NCBI GenBank assembly: GCA_000182565.2
Contig: KQ257459.1
DNA length: 64,000 nt
Source: Spizellomyces punctatus DAOM BR117
Lineage: Eukaryota
Strand: one strand, 5' to 3'
The notes under the pieces were generated by a model. The model saw only the letters and a list, made by a program, of their open reading frames with translations. It ran no database searches and was not told the origin of the DNA. Of the stretch, positions 1 to 13,322 are shown piece by piece. Position numbers and translations under genes: made by a program. Numbering within the stretch: the stretch's first letter is position 1; every line of letters starts with the position of its first letter.

Positions 1-257
1 TTGAGAAGGTGAAGCTTAAAGATCTTGTTAGACATGTTGGCTGTCCAAAATATTGCAAATTGATGCAAAGAAGGGAAGCGAAAGGAACTTGTCTTTTAAT
101 ACTTGTAAGGAGGTCGACAAGTGGGGAAGTGAAGCTGAGTTTATTATTTATTTATACTTGAATGACTCATCAAACGATAAGGGCAATAATGGCGCGTGTT
201 CAATATCCACGGTCACAGCAGTGTTCTCCAGACTGAGCGACGACCACCACGTCTGCC

Positions 258-1612
258 ATGGGGCTGTTTGACAATCTTCCTCCGCCTGTGCATACAACTC
301 CACCACCAGCGGCAACCACATCTAGCCTCTTTGGGTCTCTTCCACCGGCATCATCTCAGAAACGAAAGGCCTCTTCCGAGCTCTCGCCCAATGAGCCAAC
401 AGCTAAACGTCCGTCCAGTGGAGCAACTTGCGAGCTTACTCCACAGCAAGCCAACAGTCTTCCTTCCGTAAAGGGTCACGCATGTACCTGTAAAGGGCGG
501 AGAGAGTACCAACAGGACCGATTCGTGTCTTTTGACGCCGACTGTGAGGAATTGACGGCTCTGCTAAAGGCACCCTTGGTGGTTGCAGAGAAGGAAACAC
601 AGTCAAGAACAACGTCGTGGTTCACCCGCATTGCATATTATGGTGTTTTTGATGGACATGGTGGATCCCTTGTGTCTACATTCTGTGAACAACACCTACA
701 CCAACATCTGATCAAGTTCCTCTCGCGACCACCCCCAATGGTCCCCACCGAATCCACTGAAACCAAAACCGGGAAAAGAAAAGAATCCCCAACGGCCGCT
801 ACCATTCGCTCTTGCGTTCTTGATGCTTTTAAAGCGTGCGATGGAGAGATTCTTTCGACTTGGCCTGAAGGACGGGACGGGGCGGTGGGAATCATAGCTC
901 TTGTGGTGGACGAGTGGATTTGTATTGCGTGGCTAGGGGATTGCAAAGGCGTTTGGTGTAAGAAGGATGAGAAGAGTGGGTGGACGGCCGTGTGTTTGAC
1001 AAGGGATCATATACCAACAGTGTGGGAGGAGAGAAGGCGAATTCAAAAAGGTTCGATTGAACTCTTTCTGTTTTGATCTCTGACCGCTTTTATTGACTTG
1101 TTTCCACATTCAGCTGGAGGATACGTTAAAGATGGTCGTGTACTTGGTAGCTTGGAGGTAACACCCTTCTGGGGAAATAACCGGCATGGTCCTGCACGGA
1201 CGAATGGCAAATAGGCCCGAACATCCTCTGTAATGCAATATTACTAACATCTCTCCCTATTCTGCTTGTGGGTATGCTCATCTTCTAGGTGTCCCGCGCT
1301 TTCGGTGATGCTCGCTTCAAGCGGTACGGCGTAATATCTACACCTGATATCATAGCCAGACCACTGTCCCCTGGTGTACTGATCCTTGCATGTGATGGAG
1401 TGTGGAAGGCATTAACGGTAGATCAGGTGAGAAATATTGTTGAAGATGAGTTTGGGAGAGACGATAAAGTACCTTGGGGTGAGCGGGCTGCAGAAGCGGT
1501 GGTGAAAGAGGCTGTTGTAAAGGGTGCTGATGACAATGTGACGGTGATCGTCATTGTCATTGGGATGAACGGTGACGAGCAGAACGGATGCGCGTCAACT
1601 ATAGTCAAATAA
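258..1612 (+). CDS. PP2C-family Ser/Thr phosphatase (ILKAP-like), 3 exons
   Basis: Motifs GRREYQQDR, YYGVFDGHGG, WLGDC, DH.P..EERRRI, LEVSRAFGD, LILACDGVW and GADDNVT; GT-AG introns at about 1051-1113 and 1158-1288. Confidence 0.9.
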
Positions 1613-1679
1613 TATCAATATTACAGTCTATTGTACAGAATGTTGTATAAAAGTATGAGAGCTACAATTCCATAAGCGG

Positions 1680-3732
1680 TCATGCGACGGACGTAATATC
1701 TTCAACACCGATCTGTCCTCTTTTTGTCAGACCTCTTTTAGCTCTCCAAGCCAGCTTTTTCCAGCGTTTGCTGACGGAAGCTCTAAAGGCTTTCCATTTG
1801 GATACTCGTTGGGTCACGTCGGATACTAGAGTCAGAGTCGATGCGTCTTGGGTTTGTGGCAGCATTCTTGATGATGATGCAAGTAATTGACGGAGATGGG
1901 CTATTTCAGATTCTAGGGATAGGATCCTAAGAGGAAAACGGATAAGGCAAATAGTCGAATGGTCGAATAGTCGAATGGTGACAGCCTATTCAAATCAACG
2001 TACCGTCGAGATTGCAGATCAATATTAACCCTCGCCCTCAATGCGACTTTTTTGGCTCGCTCAGCGAACCGCAATGTTCCCATGGTCTCTTCATAGCAAC
2101 TGCCAGCAGGTGTGGCACAGGCAATCATGACCGTCAATGCATTCCCGCCCAGACTATCGGAGAGGAGATACGTGAGCTTGCTGTCACGGTAAGAAACGTG
2201 CTGTGTGGGCGTCCGCGTCTGGGAGGACAGGGCGCTGATAACATTCCCAAGGGCGAGAAGGGATTGGTTGATACTGCCACCTTCTTTAAGTCGGGTTCCT
2301 GTTGCGCCCGTGCTGGTCACTCGTTCGGATCCTGTGGGTGTTGAGCGTGAGTCGCAGATATGGACAAGGCGCAAGCAAAAATAAACCTCCATGCCTGCCA
2401 GATCAACCAGATGGATCTTACTCCTCTTTCGCGTACCGAGTTCGTCTGCTTCTGATACTCCTCGCCGCCTTTGTATCTGTTCAATAGTGAACGTGAGAAC
2501 GGCGTGGGAACGAGAGGATACATCGTTCATGTTGGTTTCGCCGATCGTCCTCCGCCTGGCGCCTGCTTGCACAACTCGTACATAATCCTCCAAATCAACG
2601 ACTTCTCGTTGTGTCAATCCTTGAATGTACAACTCCTTGCCGGACAGTGAATCGGGGTCCATCCGAATGCGTAGGTCGGCTGGAATAATTGCAAAAAAGT
2701 AAAAGGTCAAATTTAACGGAGATCCGCGGCAGGCTTGTCTGTTCCCTTGGTACCTTGCGCCTCTTTATCACATAGCAAATCCGTAAGCGTCTCTTGGTAG
2801 ATCTCTACATAGCTAGCTTTGACACTGAACAGTGTGACATGCTCTGACTCTCCCCTAGCTTCGGATGCCGTGACGCGCTGGATATGGTCTACCAGGTCAG
2901 CAGCTACGCGCAGAATAATGCCGCGGTCTGCTGGGTCCGTTGGCGGTGCATCAAAAGACGTCGGCTTGTATCCTTCCATGGTGAAGGTTTTCCCAGATGC
3001 AGTTTGGCCCTGTCCAGGTAAAATCAGATTGGGTGAAGTTCAACGTCTTAGAGCAAAAGCAGTACTACCCACATAGGCGAAGACGCAACCATTGTATCCT
3101 TTCAAGCATTTGCGAACCACTCCCTTGACCATCTGATCATAAACTTGAGCAGTAGAATCGTCTTCTGCAAACACTGCATCGAATGCAAACTCCTTCTGAC
3201 CCCGGCGTCCTGTAGGATCCGATATACAGATTGAATCTGGGGCTGATGGGCTTATTGTTATGCAATTTTCTCCAGCTGGTAAGGGTGGGACGCCGCGTAA
3301 AGGTTTCAATATATTCGTCTGAGCTGAAGAAACAGAGAGGGAGCGAATGGATGGTGTACGTGGGAGAGTGTCTGGAATAGATGGCCGACGGAATGGTAGA
3401 GGAGTTGGTGGTAGAAGAGGAGTTCGACATCTGCTTGCTTGCCGAGATGGGTGGGATGGTCTATATGTGGGCATAGGTCTCACTCGGACGGCCACCTGAA
3501 TGCGTTGAGAGGCTGGTGGTAGCAACGCGTCTTCAGATGTATCACTAGAGGGCACCTTGTTGTTGGATGAGATGCAAGATAGCGGTTCAGCGGCCGGGGC
3601 TGCATATTTCTCATTGTCCCCATCTGCAGAAGGTGGTGGTGAGCTCGATATGCAAGGCCTAGCGGTGTATTCTTCCCTTGCGTTGGATGATGTAAATCTG
3701 TAACTAGGTGCAGATGGCGGACGAGAGTTCAT
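1680..3732 (-). CDS. Kinesin motor protein with Pro-rich N-terminus and short tail, multi-exon
   Basis: VAVRVRP, FAFDAVF, P-loop GQTASGKT, SYVEIYQE, NDVSSRSH, LVDLAGSER, YRDSKLT, ETMGTLRFAERAK; final exon ILSLESEIAHLRQLL runs to the stop at 1680. Confidence 0.92.
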
Positions 3733-4367
3733 GTTGGTTTTTGCAGTCCCAAAAGCTCATATAGCTGCTTGCGTCAAGATGGCTTTTGACTGCCTGTTCT
3801 CGCCACCCACGTGAAAGATGCTCAACCACTAGACCAACGTCCAACTGCCCAAAGCAGAACTCCGATTCATTAAGCCAATTATGGTCATGCTTTGCCAAGC
3901 AAGTACGTCAGCCATCCCCGCGATTTCGTGGGGTCGGACCCTTTGACTGTCGTGACGTCCCACAGGAAAAAAATAGTCATTTTTCCACATTGTTGGAACC
4001 CGGAGCCTCCGCAATTTTACCGGCAAAAACCAAACTCCTTATCGTGGATCCCACGGTTCCAACAGGTTGGCCACTCACTGTGCCACCATCCAAAGGCACA
4101 GAGATGCAATGCTTACGCTGTGCCGACACGTGCAACTGTGTTACGCGACTGGCAGAAGGGGATTTGAAATATCGAAGATGGATGAGGGGGTTTAAAAAAA
4201 AAACAAAAAAAAGTAAAGTGTGCCCATTTCCCCCACCATCCCATCCTTGTTCAGGACGGACCCTTCCGAAGGCTCACTGTTACGGATATTGACGGACGGA
4301 CCCTGTAGACGTCCTTTCTAACCGTGTGTGGATTGTCCATCGGCTTTCGTCACTTGCAGACACAGAT

Positions 4368-6895
4368 ATGGGCTTGTTGTCGCTCGGTACTCCACTTCCT
4401 TGGGCGGAGGCACGAAAACACGCGGACCATGTTAGAGAACACGGCATTGTACAGTTTCTAAACATTTGGAATAGAATAAAGAAGCGGAGAAAGGACCATT
4501 TGCTCTGGGGTGATGAAGTACGTTGACGATCTGGCATGAACCACTTTTGTATTAGCCGTGAATGGCGACGTTTGTCGGCGTCTTCACTCGAACTGGTCGC
4601 ATCGCTCCTCACCTTTGAACGATCTCTTTCTAGATCGAGTATATTGTTGTATATTTTGATGATGATAAGAAGCGAGTCAAGGTGTCTCTTCGCGCACACG
4701 ATGCGCTCGAAAAGTTACAAAAGATTGAGACGGACGCGATACTCAGGGGGTGAGTGGGCTCGGACAAGTTCAAAGGAAAAATGGCGAGAGTTGACGGGTA
4801 TTCGTTGGAAGTGATGTGCCCGAGAGCTCTTGGAAGCCAGAATATGGCCGATACATGTTAGAAGGCACTCCGGGACTTCCGTACGGTTATACGCTGGATG
4901 ACGTGTTGGGCGTGGAGAATAATATGATGCGAAGGTGAGCAAGCCACGGACGATCAACTTTTTAATAACCTTATTGGTGACCCTGATGACATGTGTAGAC
5001 GAAAATTGGCAACTTCCATGCTTCGGCCAAATGAAGCCGTTCTAACGATGACAAACTTCCCACGCCTGGGCTCTTGCCACTTCACCGAGCCAGATGCGGT
5101 CGCTACACCAGATCGAGGAGCGAGCATGAGTCTTTTCATACCCGAAGAAGCCATCAACCCTCATGCGCGATTCCCAACTCTTACCGCCAACATTAGATTG
5201 CGGCGTGGATCAAAGGTTGCTATCAATATGCCTATACTTAAAGATACAAACACTCCCTCCCCATGGCTTGAGCCTGCCCCAGCATGCCTTGCGAGCAGCT
5301 TGACGAAATCCCTTCCCGATGCTATCGCGGCGGGATGCTCCAACGGAACTGTGAAGGAGACGGTAGAGGTGGCAAAACATCTGGACAAGGGCGCGCTTCC
5401 TCCATTGCCGGATCTTGTACCTGATGCACTTCCAGATCATATTTACATGGATGCAATGTGCTTTGGGATGGGATGTTGCTGCCTTCAGGTCACGTTTCAG
5501 GCCTGCTCGGTGGAGGAGGCGAGACGGCTGTACGATCAACTGGCCGTTGTGGCACCCATTATGATGGCCATCTCCGCTGGTGCACCGATTTTCCGTGGGT
5601 ATCTGGCTGATGTTGACTGCCGATGGAACGTAATTGCAGGCAGTGTTGATGACCGGACAGTCGAAGAGCGTGGGCTGAAGCCATTGAGCGAGTCCCGGTT
5701 CAAGATCAGCAAATCTCGCTACGACTCCATCTCTTGCTACCTTTCTCCAGGACCTAATTATTCTGGAGGATGCGTACTACCTGAAGAAGGGGCGCCAGCG
5801 GTGAATGACGTAGCCGCCGGGCCATCTAAGGGCATGGAGTATTACAAGGAAAAGTACAACGATATCAATCCTCCATACGATAAAGATATATACCAAAAGC
5901 TCGTTGCGGGTGGAGTGGATGACCTTCTTGCCAAGCACTACGCCCATCTCTTTATTCGTGATCCGCTGGTCATTTTCCAGGAACTGTTGGAGCAAGATGA
6001 CCAACTGAGTTCGGATCATTTCGAAAACATCCAGTCGACCAACTGGCAAACGATGCGCTTTAAGCCACCCTCACCGACCACCCCAAATATTGGCTGGAGA
6101 GTGGAGTTCCGTAGTATGGAAATCCAGCTGACTGATCGTGAAAACGCTGCATTTGCGATCTTTGTTGTGCTTCTTGTGAGAGCAATCTTGAGTTTCGATC
6201 TCAACTTGTACATCCCTTTGAGCAAGGTATTTTCCGTTTAAACTATATACATATACATATACGGCTTTTCTAATCTTAGTTCACAGGTCGACGAAAACAT
6301 GCGACGGGCCCACAACCGGGGAGCAGTGTTACGAGAAAAGTTTTGGTTCCGGCAAAACATCATTGGGGACAAGAACAGGAGACTTGCGGATCTTGGATGC
6401 AGATGCAATGGTGTGTCTAACCAAACGGTTGGCGAAGCCATTTACGGATCAGGATATGTTGACGGAGTTGCTGCGGGAGACGAAGACGAGGATGCATGCG
6501 TTGAGATGACCATTGATGAGATTATCAATGGAAAGGTACTGTAGACATACCTGGGTTAGATTTTTATCAAAGATGGTGAGACTGATCAAAGCAACCTCAT
6601 GTTCCTATAGCCATCGGCTCATTATCTAGGACTCGTCCCTCTCGTGCGAAGATACCTCGCAATCCATCAACCCGCCATAAGTCAAACAACCCGCGAAAAA
6701 CTCGACCTATACATCGACCTCGTCTCTCGCAAAGCCTCCGGAGACCTGAAGACAGGTGCAACGTGGATACGCGAGTTTGTGACAAGTCATCCAAGCTACA
6801 AAAAGGATTCTGTAGTAAACGAGGACATTACATGGGACTTGTGCCAGGCGATTAATGGGTTGGCGGGGAAAGAGGTTAAAGGGTTAAATTGTTAG
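4368..6895 (+). CDS. GSH1: Glutamate-cysteine ligase catalytic subunit (gamma-glutamylcysteine synthetase)
   Basis: MGLLSLGTPLPW, LLWGDE, IYMDAMCFGMGCCCLQVTFQA, HFENIQSTNWQTMRFKPP, GWRVEFR, TGATWIREFV; several GT-AG introns. Confidence 0.97.
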
Positions 6896-7320
6896 GTGTA
6901 GTAGCCAGCAACTAGGGACGCTGTGATTGGACTCGAGTGTGGGGCTTCGGTACCTGCTTCATTTTAGATATAAAATGGGAGGGCTGTAGCGTTAACGACT
7001 GGAAAATTAGTAAGATGTTGGTTGCATTTTTTTTAGTAAGCTTTGGCTCATTGTCTGCAATGCGGGGGGCGGGGGGAGGTAACAGTGACAATTGAAAACT
7101 ATATATTCATACTAGACGATGCAAAAGGGAAATGTCTGCATTCTCCAACAATAGCTAGTGGCTGACGAGAATCTACACTTTGAATCGGTGTGCTTTCTTC
7201 ATTTTACATATCATCCCGCAAGCACAAATTCAACATATACCACCAAGACAGATCCACCCCACCGTCGACTGCAATAATCATAATGCCAAACAAATTTTCC
7301 AAGAACCTCATGCATTTCGC

Positions 7321-7565
7321 CTAGGGCGCCGATTCATTCTCATCGTTTTTGGCCTTCATCCTTTGATAGTGCTTTCTAACCGAGACTGTAGTGCGATCCG
7401 TACCGTAAATCTCGTTCAAGGTTTTGGCTATGGTGGGAAAAGTATCGCCTCTTTTGATTCCATACAGTATGGATCCATTTTCTGACATGGACCACTAATG
7501 CATATAGCGTTAGATTGCGGTAGACTTTGGTGGATACATAGTCTCTAACATACTTCGCGCGGCAT
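7321..7565 (-). CDS. Small (61 aa) Myb/SANT-like HTH protein, 2 exons
   Basis: Exon 7565-7554 (MPRE), intron 7553-7495 (GTATGT...CTAAC...TAG), exon 7494-7321; product MPREWSMSENGSILYGIKRGDTFPTIAKTLNEIYGTDRTTVSVRKHYQRMKAKNDENESAP. Confidence 0.6.
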
Positions 7566-8244
7566 GATGTTCCTTTTTGTTTTTAATGTCGTAAGATAAT
7601 TGCCAGATGCACAAGCGACACGATCAGTAGTAGTATCAAAACAAGAGACAAGAGCAAATGCGGGTAGGGTACACGGTTAGGAAACTGGTCAGGGCGGGTA
7701 CAGCTTTTATCACAATCTTTGATAATTCTTTATTTTCGCTTGGCTATAATGTGCATACGAAAGCTGCAAGGGGTTCCTAAGACCCGCAGGCACTCTGTGA
7801 CGTTATTTTCTTTCATTCATATCTCTGTTGCTAAATCTACTTATCATCGCAAGATCAATATAAACAAACGTAAATTATACACTAGGTAGATACTTGTACA
7901 TATTTTAACTAGTATTGAAACTGTTAAATCATCATTATTGCCTGCTTTAAGTATCTAAAGAATGGCTTTATTTAAGAAATATAATGATAGAGGCTAAGGC
8001 GGCTTTCAATTTCAGAAAGGGGTTTTATACTATCATGTGATATCTCCAATATAAATGATGAAAGGTAGAGATTGTGGAAGCTTTTGGATGAGCTTGCCAT
8101 GGCTTGCTGAATTACAACAGAGCATGTAGAGTGTAACAATGGCAACACGGAGGAGGGACCGTTGCAACCCGTTTAGTTATCCTCGAAGCTAACTGCAACT
8201 GTCTTCGTTTATTTCTGTCAGTTTTTTTTTGGAGACAAGGAACC

Positions 8245-8811
8245 ATGCATAGCAAAAATCACCAATCCCCAAACGCCGAGACGCAGATGAAGACCGAGAC
8301 GGACGAGGTAGACATCCCAGGCGAGCGCAAATCGGTAATCATGATTCTCCAACGATCGTTATCACTTCCCACGTATCATTGCTGATTAACTTACCCCCAG
8401 CCTGTACCCGAATCACCTACCTGCAATTCTGATTTGCGCAAGCTCTGGACAAAGGAAGAAGACACTGCGATAAAGGCAATGTTACTAATGGCGCCATCAG
8501 GTCCTCGTTCCGAAATGCGAAAAACTTTTGAAAAACTCTTTCCGGGTCGCTCGCGGCAAGCAATGGGTAAAAGAATAGAGAAAATGCAGAGGAAATTGAG
8601 AGCTGATGGAGAGAAAAATGGAAGCGTGTGTCGCCCGGAGAAGGCTCAACACCACTCGGTCAGTCCTGTTCCTAAACTAGAGGAGAGCTCCGATTGCGAT
8701 GATATCACCATACCGAAGCGTCCCTTGCGGCAGGCCGGGAAGAAAGGAGAAGTTAACCGTCGTATAAACTTGCAAGAGTTTTTGGACAAGACAAAGGAAT
8801 TTGAAATTTGA
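8245..8811 (+). CDS. Single-repeat Myb/SANT-like protein, 2 exons
   Basis: ATG 8245; phase-0 intron GTAATC...CCCCAG (8335-8400) joins in frame to RKLWTKEEDTAIKAML...FPGRSRQAMGKRIEKM. Confidence 0.6.
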
Positions 8812-9187
8812 CCCGAGAAGAAACTTTCATGCCAATATTTGCAGCAAAATAGCTTGTGGTTTTACTTGTTCTTTCCTTTGGAGCCGAGACAAACTGTGTA
8901 AATTGTGCTTGCTCATCCACAGCAACAGATGTATTTTGTATAGTGTCCTTTAAGTTTCTGTGAATTGCCCAGTCATGTGTATATATGCCGGGTGCATCTG
9001 CCCAGCACTTTGAAATATACTTTGATTGCAACAATACGACAATGCATGGAATTCATCTGCTTGTTCTCAAGAAAATCATCACATCGCGCATCAACTTGTG
9101 TATTCAACAAACGTTATGATCAGAGGCTACTTCGGACCCGCCAAAGTTGCCCACATACTCTACAAATCTTCTACATATCTATATATA

Positions 9188-10867
9188 TCATACTGAGGTC
9201 TTGTTCCTTTTCACAACACGGCGGGCCCCGTTGAAATTTTGGGCCACATACACTTTGGGTTCGCCGCGAAGCGTGATGCTGATGGTACTTCCTGAGACGG
9301 TGACACGGTCGTTTGAATCAAGAGCATTGACAAGAACTAGATAGATATGATGGACGAGTTAGTTGGACGAAAAAGCGTCCGATTTATGCAGATCAGGGAC
9401 GGTACCTGTTCCAGCCGGGAATGGAGAAGCAATATTCTCTGTCACTTGTCCTTGGCTACCCACGTTGGTAAGAGCGACCAATACCGGTCCGCGACGGAAC
9501 GCGTGAAAGTTATCTTTTGTCCAAACGCTCGTGTGGACCGACTTGTGGAAAGCATCACCGGCTGTTGCGCGCACCTTGTTCAAAGCGGCAAAGAACTGAG
9601 TGGTCGTCGTGTTCTTGTAGTTGACGTACCAGAGAGGTTCTCTGTTTTCGGGATCTGCACCTCCAGCGTACTCTTGCTCAGTTCCTTGATACACGAATGG
9701 GATTCCATCTGTGAATAGGGCAAAGGCAAGGGCATTGCGGAGAAGGGCACGGTCGGGTTGCGTGAACAAGAACCTGCTGAGGTCATGGTTATCCACAAAG
9801 GTACCAAGGAGGTTGAGTTTATCTTGGCCGAACAGCCGGCGCATATCAGAGAGGTAGGTCTCAATGTTCCACATGGATTGCTTGCTCATAAAGACTTTTG
9901 CTGAAACATCATAGAATCCAAAGTTGAAGATACCGTCCATCGTGTCTTTGTAAGTTGCAAGCAAAGTCTTATCAAACTGGAAAGCTTCGCCAATAGCGTA
10001 GACCCCGGAACTACGGGCAAAATCCGGCCAAAAGCTCCGAGGAACATGCTTGACCGTGTCGACTCGAATTCCGTCAAAGTTGAACTCCTTGACAAGCCAG
10101 TTGACCCACTTGTTGAGTTCGTTTTTAACAAACGGGTTTTCAGTATTGAGATCGGGCAGCATTTTGTCCAGGCGGACGTCGTAAATGCACTTGTTTTCGA
10201 TGGCCTTGTCGTCATTGCGGTTGTAATCATCGTTCGTAATCGGTTGGAAAGGATGGAAGTGGTCAGGCCATTTATTGAAGGGCGCTGGGAAGGTTTGCAC
10301 GTCGTCATTGGGACCCAAGTGATTAGCCACAACTGTTGAGATGGCAGGAAGGATTAGTTGGGGACTTTGTTAAGTCGACTTGGCATGTACACTGACCATC
10401 AACCATCACCCAAATTCCTTGATCGTGAGCAGCTTTAACCAATCCCTTGAGGTCCTCTTTGGTACCAAACTTGTCATTGACATTGTAAAAGTTTTTAGCC
10501 CAGTATCCGTGGTATCCATCAGCGGTATCTACGTTGAAAAAAAGACGTATTATAAACCCAAACCATCAATGTCCAGTTAGGGAAAGCAGAACTCACTCTC
10601 AACGGTAGGACTGATCCAAATAGCATCAAAGCCCATGGATTTGATGTACGGCAACTTGTCCCGAATCCCATTCCATGTCCCACCACAATAGTTGAGCCGT
10701 TGCGGGCCATCGCATTGCCCAGGATAGGGTGCCCCGTTTGCCACAGCGAAGCGATCAGTCATAACCTGGTATACTGTGCGGGTGCGCCATTCCTGTGCAG
10801 TACCCGCTTCGACAAGGGCTGCAGAAGCAGCGAGGGCGACAAAAGCTGCTAGTGTGGTCTTGATCAT
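9188..10867 (-). CDS. Secreted alpha-amylase, GH13 (Taka-amylase type)
   Basis: Signal peptide; WRTRTVYQVMTDRFA, YCGGTWNGI, MGFDAIWISP, GYHGYWA, catalytic GIRVDTVKHV / IGEAF / FVDNHD, DGIPFVYQGTEQ, DPENREPLW. Confidence 0.95.
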
Positions 10868-11974
10868 TGTTTGGACTTATGAGGTAGCAAGCTGAGCTGT
10901 GGAAATGGGCTGGGGGATGGTCAAGTACAGCAATTTTATAGCAGATTTAGCCAAGAACTACCATTGAGTTAAAAAAAAATAACACTGCCGACAAATTAAC
11001 ACCAACTCTCTTGGTCGCGTGCAAGTCTTGCTTTCGTCCAACTATCGTGGGTCGAACAAATGACGTCCCCTCCCCCGGCGGGCAACTCTTTTTAGGTTCC
11101 CAGTTTTTGGTGTTTGCGGTCCTTTTGTTTTTTGTTTTTGTCTGCGTGCGGAAACGCCCAATTTCAACACTTGCTAGATGTTAATTTTGAGTCCTGCCCA
11201 TTTTGCGCATTTGGCAGTTCTGCCCCACAGCCATAAAGAGTGAGCAAAACAACACTTTTTGCTGTTAATTTCCAAAGTAAAGCGTACTTACCAAAACCAC
11301 GTAGGGAGTCGCCGAAAGGTCAAAAAACAAAAAACTGCATCTACAAATGTCATTCAGCAAGTCGGTCCGCGCACAGGTGCTGGCATGGAGCGTCACGCGA
11401 GAAGGCAAACGTGTTGGCTTTTCACTTTCCACGATGGTCCATCTTTTTACAACTGATTCCGGATAATTTGGAACTTAGCGCGCGGCAAACTGCAAACACC
11501 TTAAGGGCAGAGCTTTGCATGCAAGAGCATTTGTGCGAAAGCTTGAAAGTTAACCAAACTTTAAACTTTGTCGCTCGTTCTGGGGAAAGTCTTCAGGTAA
11601 TGATGCACTGCAGAGCAGCCCTTGTTCAATAGGTTCTGCCGGACGTCTGTAATTTTGTTGTTGTCTTGGCAGCATAAGATTTCAAGTGCTACAGTGCAGT
11701 CGATTCAAGGTGTCTATTCGATACATCTCCTCAATAGTTGCTGCAGGGTAAAGTAAAACCTTAGACCTTGTGGACTGTCTTGGCATCAGAACTTTTCTAG
11801 TGCCACGGTGAAGTCGATTCATGATTTATATGCGCGACCTCGGAGATCTCATGAAAAAAAGTACTAGCTAGCATCAACTAATATTACTTCATAGATACAG
11901 ACATAATCAGGCATATAATACTTTCATAGACTACCAGCAGTAAGACTCAAATAAAAATATAAATTAGCAATCTT

Positions 11975-13322
11975 CTATGCGCTAATGAAGCCCTTTTCCT
12001 TCAAAAACTTTATGGACAGATCCCAGAGCTGGTCGGCCAGTTTTTCATCTTGGGCCTGTGCGCTCGGTGTCGCAACCTTGGCAATAGGCACAAAGTATTT
12101 TGCTCTAAGAAAAAAGCGGAAGATGCCATGTCAATGCGTGTAATGTCAACTATATGTGAAGGGTCAAGCATCTTTACCGGAGATTCTTTTCTTCAATTTC
12201 TGGACTTGTGGCACAGTAAAGAGACGTAAGGGCGCCCTTGTAGGAGCTTACAAGAGCGACCCTGCTGAACGCACTGTAGATGCCTCCAAAAAGTTTACCG
12301 TATGTCGCTGCGGGACCACGACTGAGCTCTGACATTCGGCATCAATGAGCCGTCATTTTCGGTTACAAACTTTGACTGTGAAGACATTGTTGCTTACCTG
12401 TATCCACGGCACCCGGGTGCAACGAGTTGGCAAAGATCTTCTCACTTTTCAGGTGCTTTTCCAAGCCAGTTGTGAAAAGAATATTGGCAGTTTTTGATTG
12501 GGCTTTGAGAATGGCAGTCCATCAAGAACAGGCAAAAATACCACTAGTACCAAAATGAAAAACTCACAGTAACGCGTCCAGGTGCTGCCAAAATCACGAT
12601 TCGCTTGCTCTACTGTCTCGAACTGATACGTGCTGGCCAAGATATTGTGAGCCATAGAGGAAACGTTTACGATACGGACGGAGGATGCAGGGAGTTTCGA
12701 AGTGCTAATAAGGGTTGGAAGCAGCTCATGTGTAAACAGGAAATGTCCTGGGGCGGAAATGGTTAGGAAAAACGAATCCTTTGCTTGAGGTATGCGAAGC
12801 AAAAGGTTCTTACCCATGTGATTAGTCTGGAATTGGACTTCGAGACCGTCCTTGCTGATCTCGTAGGGAACCGCCATGATACCGGCATTGTTGAGAAGTA
12901 TGTCGAGTCTCGTCTCCTTTTCTTTGAACTGCTTTGAAGCTTCTTTAACCGAAGCCAGATCCATCAAATCCATCTTGAGGAAAACGACGTTGGCATGGGG
13001 GATCTGCTCCTTGATCTTGGCGATAGCCTCAAGAGCACGGGCTTCGGTACGAGCCGCCAAGTAAACTTTGGCATTGTGATCTGCGAGGTGGAGCACAGAC
13101 TGGTATCCGATCCCAGTGTTTCCACCTGCCAAGAATGCTTTAATGACGCCCTTATTCTAGAGGTCTGCAGATCTTGTTCTTACCCGTGACGATGGCGACC
13201 TTCAAAGTGCACGTTAGACACGTCCAGACACTGCAACGACTATAACATCTTTATCATACCTTTCCAGAAAGGTCAGGGATATCCTTTGCTTCAAAATGCT
13301 TTTCAAAAAAACCAAACACCAT
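11975..13322 (-). CDS. Short-chain dehydrogenase/reductase (retinol dehydrogenase/WWOX-like), multi-exon
   Basis: DIPDLSGKVAIVTGGNTGIG, LDILLNNAGIM, QFQTNHMGHF, RIVNVSS, SLHPGAVDT, GALTSLYCATSPEI, LADQLWDLS. Confidence 0.93.

Noticed and set aside
1950..1980. AATAGTCGAATGGTCG-type tandem repeat
   Set aside because: Simple slippage repeat inside a kinesin intron
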